A DNA stretch of 64,000 nt, taken from assembly GCA_965112155.1 (NCBI GenBank), contig OZ218099.1, one strand, 5' to 3'. Shown here piece after piece: positions 1 to 11,898 of this stretch. Position 1 is the stretch's first letter. Each line of letters opens with the position of its first letter. The notes under the pieces were generated by a model. It ran no database searches, was not told where the DNA came from, and saw nothing but the letters and a program-made list of their open reading frames with translations. This DNA comes from Podarcis liolepis. Taxonomy: Eukaryota. Made by a program: the position numbers and the translations under genes.

Positions 1-279
1 TTCTACAAACAAAAGGCCGCCCTGAGCTAGCCAGCTGCAGATTAATCTTTGTGGGGCACCATAGTAAGTAAGGTGTTTGCAAGCATCTTACTATGTTTTG
101 ATTTGTTTTAACTGACAAAAAATGAGCTAATCAGATGTTGCAGGGGAATAGTACCCCCAACCTTTAATGTTTACAGCTGAGGGAATTGGTACTGAATCAC
201 TGATGAGTAGAATAATTGCTTAAGGATTGCTGATAATACCATAAGTGTTATAATTTTCCTCAACTTATTTTATTACCAG

Positions 280-358
280 ATTGCTGAACTGAAAAGGGGT
301 GCTGAAATAATCGTTTGCACACCTGGCCGCATGATTGACATGTTAGCAGCTAACAATG
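280..358 (+). CDS. DDX46: DDX46 internal coding exon ([25 protein letters not shown]; helicase motif Ib TPGR); gene begins upstream of the window
   Basis: AG at 278-279, GTAAG at 359; 79 nt; translation matches DDX46/Prp5; frame continues into the next exon. Confidence 0.95.
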
Positions 359-2644
359 GTAAGAAGAGACTTTCATTTAATGATTTTTTTAAATGATAAA
401 TAAATGGAACATTTTATTCATAAATGGAATTCTGGAAGTTATGTATTTCTTGAAGCTGTGATATCAGATATCGTGAATATAGTCATAAAAATGGTTCTTT
501 CCAATAACTTTTAGATGTGGGTCTTATAAGTGAAGGACAGTAACTCTTAAGAATTTCTTAGAACAAGTACATGCATTTTAGATTTATATCTCAACTTCAA
601 AATTGGCTTACTTAGGATTACTGTTTCTTAATTTGAAGTTATGCTGCCTGTCTGATGCTTGTTGACATTAATGCAACATAGTAATTAACTTTAGTTGAAG
701 GAAATATAGCTGCACATTTCTAAATTGAAGTAAATCCACAATTCTTTTTCAACAAAAACATGAAATTTCTCTCATATATCATAAGTTTTCCTTCTTAGTA
801 CAAATCAATATACTAAACAGAGATATTGCAGCTTTAAAATGCTTTTTATTTCCGTATTGCATGCCTGTCAAATAATGTTTGATTTGCTTAAATATTGTAC
901 TTCAAAACCTCTACTAAACTGTTGACATTTGACTTCTGTGGGAAAAGTTCCTTCAAGAATTATAGAACTGGGCTTCCAAGACTTAAGCCATCAAAGGTAG
1001 GTACATCATTGCAGTTCCCAAGCAATGTACACTTTTAGGAGCTGAATAAATAATGAAAATTCTGCCAATTAAAATGGGATAATAACATATGTATTTAGTC
1101 CTGAAGAAGGAGATTTACCTTTTATCCGCTTTAAATTAGCTACCTTAAAAGCCACATTAAAATAGCTTTTCCTCTTTTCTTTAAAGCAATATCCTTGCTT
1201 CAAAATAGCTAAATTGTGTGTTCCTCCCCTTGTGTGTAACTCAGTCCAGCATCCAAATAAGTAGTTGAGAAATTCAGATCATAATTGATGATTGGGGTGG
1301 AAGTAACCTAGGGATCTGCAGAATTAAAGGGAGCTTGTGGTGGAGTGCATAACCCCTATGCTGTGGAGAAAGCTCCATGCTTTCTTAGATTTTAATGTAC
1401 CCCAAACTTCATGTCAGGTTTCTGCTCTTCCCATGTTCAGAGGAGTTTGGGTAGGGTTTTTCCTGCCTTTCCCTTTACAGCATATAGAAGCAGCAATACC
1501 TGTGGGTTTTAGATAATTCAATTCTTCCCTAGTTTTAAGTGTTTAAGGGTTTTATTGTTAAAACTCAATCTGCTCTCATGTAATTCCGAATCACATAAGA
1601 TTAGATCCTAAAATCCCAAGTGGAAAGCACTACCACAAATGCAGGGTGTGTATGTGTTCTTCTGACCCCACCCCTTATTTTTTCATCCACACCCACACCC
1701 TGTGCTTCACACTGATTCATGACCCCCTAGAGTGGTGAGGGGAGGGCCTCAGATGTTGCTGCTGATGGAGGGGGGAACCCACAAATTGCATTTGCAATGT
1801 GTGTAGGGAAGTGTGTTCTACTTACATATGGGGGTTCTTCAGTTCAATGATATAATGTAGAATTGCTACTGTGTACAACCTTTAAGTTTAGATTCAAGTG
1901 CCTTTTGTATTGGCACTTCTGAAAGAATCTGTTGTGATTTATTTTTAAAGACAAATTCTTTGAGTTTAGACCATAAAATAAGACAAAAGACATACTATGC
2001 ATAGGCCCATTTGCCACTACAATTGGGGTAGCTTTTTAAAGACTGAATTATAAGTGTTAAGGTGTGTCTGAAGGTATGGGAAATGTGGCTTATACAATTC
2101 TTGCTGTTAGCTGCTGTCTAGATGATTCTCTTTATCTTCAAATCAGTGTGAGAGGTGCTGCTTCTGACGAAAACAGTGACAAAACTCTTGTCTTCTTTGT
2201 GGTTACTTTCACCCATCATAAATATTTCAAATAATAATCTATGTAGAGGCTATTGTGGGGCTTCTTCAGTTAGCTCTTGAACTTTGCCTTCCACACATGC
2301 GCTGTAATCTCTAATATGTTTTTTTCTAGGTGGCGCTCACAGATAGTGGCTGATGTGGCTCGTTGCTTCACCTCAGTCTTAGTTTTATGATGTGTTTTGG
2401 TGAGGGCTGTTTTCTGAATTTTACAGGTTCTTCTGGCCCTGTACTGGTATGCAAGAGAGGAGTTTGACAAAATAATGGGCCTTGTGCATCAGTACACAAT
2501 TGCCAAAATGTCAATGGAGCAAGAGATAAGGCATTTAGCAAATTGCTTTTCTAAAATAAATATAACATTTAATGTTTGTTTAGCCAGTAGTCAGAATATG
2601 TACCATTTTATTTACATTTGCTGTTGAAGAAAAACGGCCTTTAG

Positions 2645-2794
<150 letters not shown>

Positions 2795-3177
2795 TAGAAT
2801 AATTGTATTGTAGAGTTGGAAGAAGTTATGTGTGTCTTTTTAGTTCAGACCTTGGGCCATATTGCAACCCTCCAGGTCTTTCTATCTGCTCCTTGGGACT
2901 CTCCCTAAACCACATCCTGGCCCTGCTTTGCACCATCCTTGAGTGTTTTGCCTAGTGTCAATTGGTCTTTGAACACTAATAATGCTACTTGCTTGGCTGG
3001 ATGGAAGATAGAGAGGGATGTTTAAACAGGTGTAGAAACTAGCTTGCTGTACAAAGCAAAATTAATATTTGTTCTGCCCATTCTTGCCTCAACCCTTGCC
3101 CACGTGGCCTCTGAAAGATGCCTAAAAGTGATTGCAGCTCCCAAGACAAAAATAGTTCTTCCATCCATTGTTTAGAA

Positions 3178-3739
3178 CAGTGTTTTTCAACCACTGTTCC
3201 GCGGCACACTAGTGTGCCACGAGATGTTGCCTGGTGTGCCGTGGGAAAAATTGAAAAGTTCAAAAGATTTAAAAAAAAAAAATTTCCAAATTTTCGCCCA
3301 CTAGGCGGGCGCCGGACTGTGTCCTGGGTATGGTGGGGGTTTGACCCCACCCTCGGCCAGCACAGGCGCCGATTGGCGCTCCTCAGGGGGACACCCTCCA
3401 CTTTTCTGATGTCCGGGCTGTGATTGGTCCAGACTCCAGCCTGGACCTATCACAGTAGGACATCATCTTCCAACTTCCTTCCCGCCCGAGCACAGTGTGC
3501 GCAGCAGTGGAGAGAAGAAGACGTCGCGACTCGAGTCACCAGGAGGACCGGAGAAGTTGTCATTTTATTTCTCTTCAGTCTCCACTGAATGCCTTGACTG
3601 GGTTAGGGACCCTTATAGCTCAGCATCAGTTGGTGGAAAGGACATGACTTTACAGGAGCAGGAGGAACTAACTGAACTGAGACAAAATCGTGGTTTCAAG
3701 CTAAGATTTGCTGATCTACCTTTGGACAGTTTTTGGTTG
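3178..3739 (+). mobile_element. Deleted hAT (Charlie/Buster-like) DNA transposon: left end plus a transposase C-terminal fragment
   Basis: Starts CAGTGTTTTTCAACC...GCGGCACACTAGTGTGCC; peptide YFSS...DWVRDPY...[30 protein letters not shown] resembles Buster/ZBED5-type transposases. Confidence 0.8.
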
Positions 3740-4098
3740 GTTTAGACTATATACAAAATAGCATCAGGCAACAACAAAAGGGATGTATTTAAGAAACTCT
3801 AGAAGGCTTATGCTTGTGGCAAACTTATCAGAAAGATTAGCCACCACTATTGTAGACACTGAAGTTTCTTTCCTGTAGAATGTAGGAGGGTTGTTCTGCA
3901 CTTTTTGTTGCAGAATTTGTACAGAAGTAGACCTGCAAAAATAATCCTTATAGGAGATTGTCCCATGCCCAACAGTAAACAATGTCCCCAATGTTCACTT
4001 GCTTTCCAATTACAATTTCCTTTCACTAAATGAAAAAGCACTGAGAGCATATTGCTATTTGAGTATTTGTACAACCACTGTAAAGTGTTGGGGTAAAC

Positions 4099-4234
4099 CA
4101 GGCATAGGCAATCTCGGCCCTCCAGATGTTTTGGGACTACAATTCCCATCATCTCTGACCACTGATCCTGTTAGCTAGTGATCATGGGAGTTGTAGTTCC
4201 AAAACATCTGGAGGGCTGAGTTTGCCTATGCCTG
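4099..4234. mobile_element. 136-bp fold-back hAT-type MITE
   Basis: CAGGCATAGGCAA...TTGCCTATGCCTG long inverted arms; near-identical to 60401-60538. Confidence 0.9.
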
Positions 4235-4387
4235 CTATGTTCCATAGGCTTTTGCAAAAATGCTTGGTTACTAAAATGTTTCCCAGAACTGTCTATGTAA
4301 GGTTTTGCATTGTATTGCATGAGCTAAGATGCAAGTAATTTGATTTGGAGAATTGTGGTGTTAACCTTCCCTTTGAACTTGCTCTAG

Positions 4388-4552
4388 GTTATGCGCATTG
4401 TAGACAATGTGAGACCTGATCGCCAGACTGTTATGTTCTCTGCTACCTTCCCTAGAGCCATGGAGGCTTTAGCTCGTCGAATATTAAGCAAGCCAATAGA
4501 AGTCCAAGTTGGTGGTAGAAGTGTCGTCTGCTCCGATGTGGAACAAAAAGTG
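4388..4552 (+). CDS. DDX46: DDX46 exon with SAT motif III ([22 protein letters not shown]...DVEQKV)
   Basis: TAG acceptor, GTG|GTAAG donor; 165 nt; within ORF 4391..4675. Confidence 0.97.
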
Positions 4553-5220
4553 GTAAGTTTCAGGAATATATATGCTTTCAGGAATATATCTGTTTGTTTG
4601 CAACAAACTGCTCAAAACTCAGTTGTACATACAAAACTATACATCCAAGATGGCTTCAGCTCTGGATTATTTTGAAAAAAACAGACTTCTAAAATACATT
4701 CACTTTACAAAGTAGGGGATAGTGATTATGTTTATCCTTGTCTTACATGGCTTTGGCTAAACTGACAAAAATATCTTACAGTAGTGAGATTTATTTTTCC
4801 TTATACCAAGGATATTTATTTTTCTTTCCACCAAGGTTATTATTTGTATGCACAGTCTATGAGCATATAAGGAATATAAGGAAGCTTATATTTAATGGTA
4901 GCTTCCTTTGCATGATTCTGACCAGCTCTTTGAATCCTAGCAGCACAGCTCTTTCTTGTACTTCTTTCAAAGCAGGGTGACTCCCCAACTCCCAAAAGCA
5001 AGAGAAGAGAAGAGCCTTGGCCCACTTGCTTAGATGCAGCTGTAGTTTTTCTTGCAAAATTTAGCAATTTGCACTATCAAAATTAAAGCAAGAATCATAG
5101 AGTTGAAATGGAAGAGAACTGTATATTGACTTATTTGATTTTTACTTCCAATATGACTGGAAGCCAATTTAAGCAATTATCCGTGAGATGCTGTCTCCTT
5201 AAACTATGTTGTTCTTTCAG

Positions 5221-5383
5221 ATTGTCATAGAGGAGGAGAACAAGTTTTTGAAGTTACTTGAATTATTGGGACATTATCAGGAACAAGGAGCTGTCATTAT
5301 ATTTGTAGATAAACAAGAACATGCTGATGGATTGCTGAAAGACTTAATGAGAGCCTCTTATCCCTGCCTGTCTCTTCATGGAG
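5221..5383 (+). CDS. DDX46: DDX46 exon ([17 protein letters not shown]...IIFVDKQE...CLSLHG)
   Basis: CAG acceptor ending 5220, GAG|GTAAT donor; 163 nt; motif IV. Confidence 0.97.
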
Positions 5384-5479
5384 GTAATGGACATTATTCA
5401 GTCATTACAGCTATATAACTAGAGTAATGAAACCTGAATAATGTCATTTCTCAACATCTGTATTATGTGTCCTCCACAG

Positions 5480-5673
5480 GTATTGACCAGTATGACAGAG
5501 ATAGCATAATCAATGATTTTAAGAGTGGAGTGTGCAAGCTTCTTGTGGCCACATCCGTGGCAGCCCGAGGTCTTGATGTAAAACATCTTATGCTTGTAGT
5601 CAACTACAGCTGCCCCAATCATTATGAGGATTATGTGCACAGAGCAGGCAGAACTGGACGAGCAGGCAACAAA
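5480..5673 (+). CDS. DDX46: DDX46 exon with motifs V and VI ([11 protein letters not shown] ... [12 protein letters not shown])
   Basis: 96-nt upstream intron; CAG acceptor; AAA|GTATG donor; 194 nt. Confidence 0.97.
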
Positions 5674-5803
5674 GTATGTATGCAATATGTTTTATAAATA
5701 AACTGCTAAAAACAGTACTCTGATAAAGATGATTTTGTTTGCTGGAGGTAGAGAATTTGTAGAACACTGCAGGTGGATCAGTTTTAAATGTATTTTAAAT
5801 CTA

Positions 5804-6152
5804 GGAATGCGGGTGGCGCTGTGGGTTAAACCACAGAGCCTAGGACTTGCCAATCAGAAGGTCGGCGGTTTGAATCCCCACGGCGGGGTGAGCTCCCATT
5901 GCTCAGTCCCTGCTCCTGCCAACCTAGCAGTTCGAAAGCACGTCAAAGTGCAAGTAGATAAATAGGTAGCGCTCCGGCGGGAAGGTAAACGGCGTTTCTG
6001 TGTGCTGCTCTGATTCGCCAGAAGCGGCTTAGTCATGCTGGCCACATGACCCGGAAGCTGTATGCCGGCTCCCTCGGCCAGTAAAGCGAGATGAGCGCCG
6101 CAACCCCAGAGTCGGGCACGACTGGACCTAATGGTCAGGGGTCCCTTTACCT
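5804..6152 (+). mobile_element. Sauria SINE, full length
   Basis: tRNA-like head GGGTGGCGCTGTGGGTTAAACC, tail GGGGTCCCTTTACCT; imperfect TSD around TTAAATCT; homologous to 57696-58060. Confidence 0.92.
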
Positions 6153-7097
6153 ATATTAAATCTGATCTAAGTCATGATTTAAATCAGCAGGAAGTTCATT
6201 TTGACATTCATGTTTTCTGAACAAGCATGCGTTCTAACTGATCACTCAGATCAGAAGATGATAATGATAATAATAATAATCTTATATTGGTTTGTAACCA
6301 TATAAAGCCATTGTGTAACCTCAAGGCATAATACAGATTCTTTTGGCCATGCATCCCACACCAGTTTTGTACTGTAGAATTACGTTTGCTTCAAGGCAAC
6401 CATATTCATATGCAGGTACAGTTAAGATCACTGCGGTCCTGGAACAAATTAGCATGCTAATTCATGTTGCACTGAACTATGGTTAATGTCTATGTACAGC
6501 ATATGTTTGCATTGTTCCAGTTTCTTTTTAAATGAGGTTATTTTTTAAAGAAGACCTTTTTATAACTGAAATGTAGAAAGATAAAATTAAGTCTTAAAAA
6601 TGTAAATTCTGGGTTGCTTCCAGTGCTATGCCAGTGGGATTCTGCTGGTGCAACAGATCTTCTGTTCTCTTTCCTCCCCCCCCCCAAAAAAAAATCTTCT
6701 CCAGAGTACCCGAACTGTCTGGACTTGATGAGTGGGCTGTTGCACACACAAAGGTTTCTTGCATCAGTGTAGTTGACTTGTTGGATGCTGCCCCCGTCTC
6801 TTACTTTTAAAAAAAGCTAAAAGTCAATCCTGGAATCCTGTGGAAACCTTAGCAAAAGAACTGTGATACCACGGAAGTCAGTGACTACATTCCCATTGGT
6901 TCACCTGTGGGTCAAGAAGTCACCACAAGATTAAAACAGACCGGTGTCTTGTGATTGCTCTTCTTACCTGTCACCCTATTTGTTATATATTTGGTTGCCC
7001 CCAAACAGTGAATTAAGTTCTTCACATTAGCTTGGTGGATTGTTGTGTCCTAAAATATAACTGCCCCCAAAGTTTATACATAATATTTTATTAACAG

Positions 7098-7235
7098 GGT
7101 TATGCATATACCTTCATTACTGAAGATCAAGCACGGTATGCTGGTGATATAATTAAAGCTTTGGAGTTGTCAAGTAATCCAGTTCCTCCTGAGCTGGAAA
7201 AGCTTTGGACTGACTTCAAAGATCAGCAGAAGGCT
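7098..7235 (+). CDS. DDX46: DDX46 exon (GYAYTFITEDQARYAGDIIKALELS...FKDQQKA)
   Basis: CAG acceptor, GCT|GTAAG donor; 138 nt; read directly from the sequence. Confidence 0.95.
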
Positions 7236-8262
7236 GTAAGTAATCCACTTTTCCGTTGTCTGATAATGTTTGTGCAAAGACAAAACAGTTGTTAAATAGG
7301 CTTCAGATGGGCACTTGTTGGGACATAGTTTTAACGTGGCTTTTATGGGGTTGGAGCCAAAGTGTCTTCTGCTCAAGAACACCTCCCACTTTGAGTGTTG
7401 GGAGAGAAAAGTGAAACTAATCCAAATAGGTTTTTCTGAGAAAGCAAACAGTAGCTTGAGGTCTGCCATAGAGCCTGCCTACTTGAGCACTGTGTGTCCT
7501 TGTTTGCAGGAGCGTTGTTCCTCTTGCTTTTTGAATCCAAGCTGTACTTTTAAAGTTTGGATGCCATGCTGTAGAGTTAGGCTTGGTAATAATATAATGA
7601 GAAGGAGGTAAAAGAATGTAGCTTATTTCAGACTGTTGGTTTGGTGATGGCATTTTTGAGTGCTATTTTGTGCAACAACTTCCCACTAGTAGAAACCTAG
7701 AAAAGGGAGTGGCCTGTGTTTGACCTTTCTGCCTTGTGTTTTTGTTTTTACATCTAGGAAATTTTATACATAAGGAGCAGTAAAAAACAGTGCCCACCCC
7801 CTGCCTGCAGCTTGAAGTGGTGTACATATGCATTTTGCTGCATATGTAGATCATGCCTTGATTTATAGGCTGAAAAGCACTGCAGTTTCATTTTTTAGTT
7901 TTTTGTTAAAATGCTGCTTGGGTGTGCATGGAAATATCTAAAAAAGAATAAGGGTTCAGTGGATTTGTTCTTTTTGTTCCACAGGTGCCATGTAGTTATT
8001 TTTTAAGGTGAAATATATTTCTATTTTATGTGTGATACCTGTTAAATCTCCTTTTTTGTTTCTACGTTTGGACTTTTTCTGTATATGGAATTTTTCTACC
8101 TGCATTATGTGTTGTGAGTGCTTAGCAGCACTTTAGCAGGATCAGCTCCCCCATTCATTAACATAAACAAGTATTGAAATATTTGCAATAGTCATGTTAA
8201 AAGCTAAGTTGGAATTTTTATATTGTGGAAGTGACTTCTGAACAAGGAGATTTGCCTTTTAG

Positions 8263-8412
8263 GAGGGGAAAACAATTAAGAAGAGCAGCGGGTTTTCTGG
8301 GAAAGGATTCAAGTTTGATGAAACTGAGGAGGCTTTGGCTAATGAGCGGAAGAAATTACAAAAAGCTGCACTTGGCTTGCAAGATTCAGATGATGAAGAT
8401 ACAGCAGTTTCA
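8263..8412 (+). CDS. DDX46: DDX46 exon (EGKTIKKSSGFSGKGFKFDETEEALANERKKLQKAALGLQDSDDEDTAVS)
   Basis: TAG acceptor, TCA|GTAAG donor; 150 nt; GFSGKGFKFDE motif of the Prp5 family. Confidence 0.95.
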
Positions 8413-8869
8413 GTAAGTATTTAAATTTACTATTTAGTATAGCATTTTCTTCATATATATATATATACATAGTAACTACAGAATTGTGACTCACTTTTTC
8501 TGCTTCTGTTCTGATTGATTTCACAAAAACATGCTTGTTAGCTGAATTTCCTTTTTATATACAATTAAAAGGATTTTTGGCATTCAGATGCTTCATACTC
8601 TTTACATTAAATGGAAACTGAGTACTGGGTGGAATCCAACCTTGCACAAGTGGATATCCCCTTGTGCAGCAGGAGTTTCCTGTCTTCACCTTTTGTAGGC
8701 CCCTGGTAGCTCTCAGGCTTCACTCCAGAAGATTGACAGATCCGCTGGATCAGATTTGGGGACATGTGGGGGGCTTCAGGGTTGAGGAAAGGAAGGGAAG
8801 TCATGTTACACAAGTGAAGTCCCTTGCAGAGTTGGGCAGACACCACTGGATGTTACCCGCTGTTTATAA

Positions 8870-9045
8870 CAAAGAACCTTGTGAGACCTTGAAGACTAAC
8901 AGATTTATTATACATAAACCTTTGTGGGCTAAAGTCCAGTCCACTTCATCAGATGCATTTGATGGAGTAGATTTTGGTCCATGACAGCTGTATATCATAA
9001 GAAATTTGTTACACTTCAAGGAGTCACAGGGCTCCTCATTGTTTT
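8870..9045. mobile_element. Degenerate inverted pair of Penelope-like terminal repeats
   Basis: Arms CCTTGTGAGACCTTGAAGACTAACAGATTT... / ...AAATTTGTTACACTTCAAGGAGTCACAGGG around the centre TCAGATGCATTTGA. Confidence 0.65.
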
Positions 9046-9442
9046 TTCCCTGCAATGAACTAATTTATCTGCCTTTCTTGAAACTGTTTATAATGAAGGT
9101 CAGGCATGGTTTTCAAGTTTTGATAATTTTTCTATTGCCTTTCACTCGAAATGAGACTGTCAACACCCCAGGCTGAATTATTTCAGAGACTGATTCTTGC
9201 TTTTATTCATATAATAGGTGGAATTCAGAGTTGCACACATCAGATGGAACAATCCTGCCTCCACTGCGTGCTTTTCCGGGGGGTTCTGACCTCCCCCAGA
9301 GCCAATTGTAGGGTTCACACAGGGGGAGGAGATGGGAGAAGCCCCATTACACAAGGAAAAGCCCTTGCACTGGGCTTCCATTGATGGAGTTGACCATAAT
9401 TTCCAGAAACGTGAAATTACATTGTTTTTTCTTTTTCAATAG

Positions 9443-9619
9443 ATTGACGAGCAGATTGAAAGTATGTTCAATTCAAAGAAAAGAGTAAAGGACATGGCAT
9501 CATCTGGCGGGACATCTAACGTTCCTGCCCCAACAGCAGGAAATGCAGAAAAGTTAGAAATTGCTAAGAGATTGGCATTGAGAATCAATGCACAGAAGAA
9601 TCTTGGAGCCGAGGCACAA
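9443..9619 (+). CDS. DDX46: DDX46 exon (IDEQIESMFNSKKRVKDM...AQKNLGAEAQ)
   Basis: TAG acceptor, CAA|GTATT donor; 177 nt; ORF 9464..9826 frame. Confidence 0.93.
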
Positions 9620-10649
9620 GTATTGGTCTCTTTTCAATTTAAGGTCACCCTCCTTTACAAAGCAAACATTTCTAAACTTTTATTGAATATGTTATATGTT
9701 GCCGACTGCATCCAGCAGAATTCTCATTATCTGGACAACCCTAAGAGACACACACATTTACACTGGGGTAAAAAATGGTGTAGACATTGTTTACAGAGTT
9801 CTGTGTTAATAAATGCTCAGTTTTGATTGACACAAAACCATACAGTCCAAGTTAAGTATTATTGAAAAAGGAGTAAAAAAATATCACATTCCTTTTAATG
9901 CCTTTCTGTGGTTCTATATATGTAACTATCCCAGAAGTGAGGAGTGAAGTATTTATTTTGAATAGCCACTACAGCAGGGATGAAGAACCAGATGTTGCTG
10001 GGCAGTCTAGGAATTTGATGACTTGGTTAGCAGAGCAGAGGGGCACAGGGCATGAAAAGGAATTCATATATGGGAGGTCCAGATAACCAAAGGTTCCACT
10101 GCATATATGTTGGCAATATCTGAAGTGTTTTTGATGTGACTGTTGATGCAGAAATTCAAAGTATTAGTGCCAATAACTGTGCCAACTATGAAAGTTATAA
10201 ATACCTTAATAATTTTTTAAGGTCCCTAAAAAAAGTCATTAACCATATTTGATATGCAAATATGCCTTTTTTAACAAAAGTTCTTTGTAGAATGGTATTT
10301 CTGCATGAACAGTTTTTTGTGGTTGGCTGTTAGCATGCTCAGTAACAGTGATTACCGAATAAGAATTTTCTTATTTTTATCAATAATTCTCTTTTTTTTA
10401 TGAACAGTTGAGTCCCAGTTTGGGATAGATAGCCAAAAAAAAAGGTGCCTATTTAGTCCCAGAGGACATTAAATAAAATTAAGTAATATGTTTGTTGACC
10501 AAAAAACAAGGGAAATAGAAAAGGGAAAAGAAAATATAAGAAAAAAGTGCACCAGTACTATAAATATGTATGTAGTAATGCTAAACAGGCCCAACACTTC
10601 AGCCATAAAGTTAATATCTGAAAATATAAGGGTCTGGTGACTTCTGTTT

Positions 10650-10742
10650 CAGTGTATCTGAAGAAGTGTGCATGCACACGTAAGCTCATACCAATAACAA
10701 ACTTAGTTGGTCTCTTAAGGTGCTACTAGAAGGATTTTTTTA
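10650..10742 (+). mobile_element. Penelope-like element terminal fragment containing a minimal hammerhead-ribozyme motif
   Basis: GTAT CTGAAGA A GTGTGCATGCACAC GTAA GCTC ATAC followed by ...TTAGTTGGTCTCTTAAGGTGCTACT; reverse-complement match at 55690-55740. Confidence 0.75.
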
Positions 10743-11680
10743 AATCTGAAAATGGGTTACTGTTCATATACTTTTTGCTCTGCATGAGCCACTTCCTAGG
10801 TGAGCAGTATTTTCCCCACTATTTGTGTGCAATGTGGAGAACATGCCAGAATCATGAGTTAATGCAAAGTTCCCGGAAAACCTTAAACAGGATCTCTTTT
10901 CTCTGCAACAATTCACAACTCTCGTTTCTTCCTCTGTAGGTATTTTGGCACTTATTTTTTGGGTCTGAGCTATCTTCTCCTCTGACTTACTCTAACCAGT
11001 CAAGGAACATAGAGGGAATCATACTATCATGGCTAGTGTTGGCCATGCCGCCGCAGTACTGTCAGGGAAGGGAGTAGGACACATGCCCTGGTTGTTGAGG
11101 CAGCTGTGTGGACGCTCCCTGCCTTGCTGTGCGGCAGTGAAACTGTCACAGTGCAGTAAAATCGGGAGCATTTCCATTGCTGAAGCACCTCAGTCACTTT
11201 TTTCTATCTTGGCATGCTGAGGTAATTTCATTCCATGGCAAGAGAGTGTGTTGGCTCAGTTGTCTTGGTAACAGGAGGCATTAAAATGCTACAGAATTTA
11301 TTTGCTGCTCTTTCAGCACAGACTCTCAGAGCAACTAACGGTCATAACATAAAACTAAATAGTAAAAATTTAGTTACAATCATAAATAAATAAATGCAGT
11401 AGAGCAGTAAAACCATATGAAAAGCCTCCTGTCATAGCAAAAAAAAGAGCAACCAGTTATAGCAGCTAGTTGAATGATCAGTGACTGGTTGGGATCATTC
11501 AGAGAATAAATAGCATGCCATTCAGATTATCACTAGCAGGTGAAAGACATCACCATACTAATTTTATATTACTTTTGGGTGTAATCTATTCAATCCTATT
11601 CGTCCTTGGATTTTATGTTTGGGGTGAATTCATTTTGCTAAGAAGCAGAGGGTTTTTCTCATAGAAGGTATTTCATGGTA

Positions 11681-11898
11681 CAGTGGTACCTCAGGTTACA
11701 GATGCTTCAGGTTACAGACTCCGCTAACCCAGAAATAGTACCTTGGGTTAAAAACTTTGCTTCAGGATGAGAACAGAAATCGTGTTGCAGCGGCAAGGGG
11801 AGGCCCCATTAGCTAAAGTGGTACTTCAGGTTAAGAACAGTTTCAGGTTCAGAATGGACCTCTGGAACGAATTAAGTTCTTAACCCGAGGTACCACTA
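11681..11898 (+). mobile_element. Tc1/mariner (pogo/Tigger-like) MITE
   Basis: TIR CAGTGGTACCTC(A/G)GGTTA, TA on both flanks; copies at 31495 and 47825. Confidence 0.9.

Noticed and set aside
3497-3745. Possible domesticated transposase gene nested in DDX46
   Set aside because: Only ~60 codons of transposase, no real start codon, and truncated on both sides.
5729-6045. ORFs similar to 57819..58129, which look like a duplicated small gene
   Set aside because: Both are translations of Sauria SINE copies.
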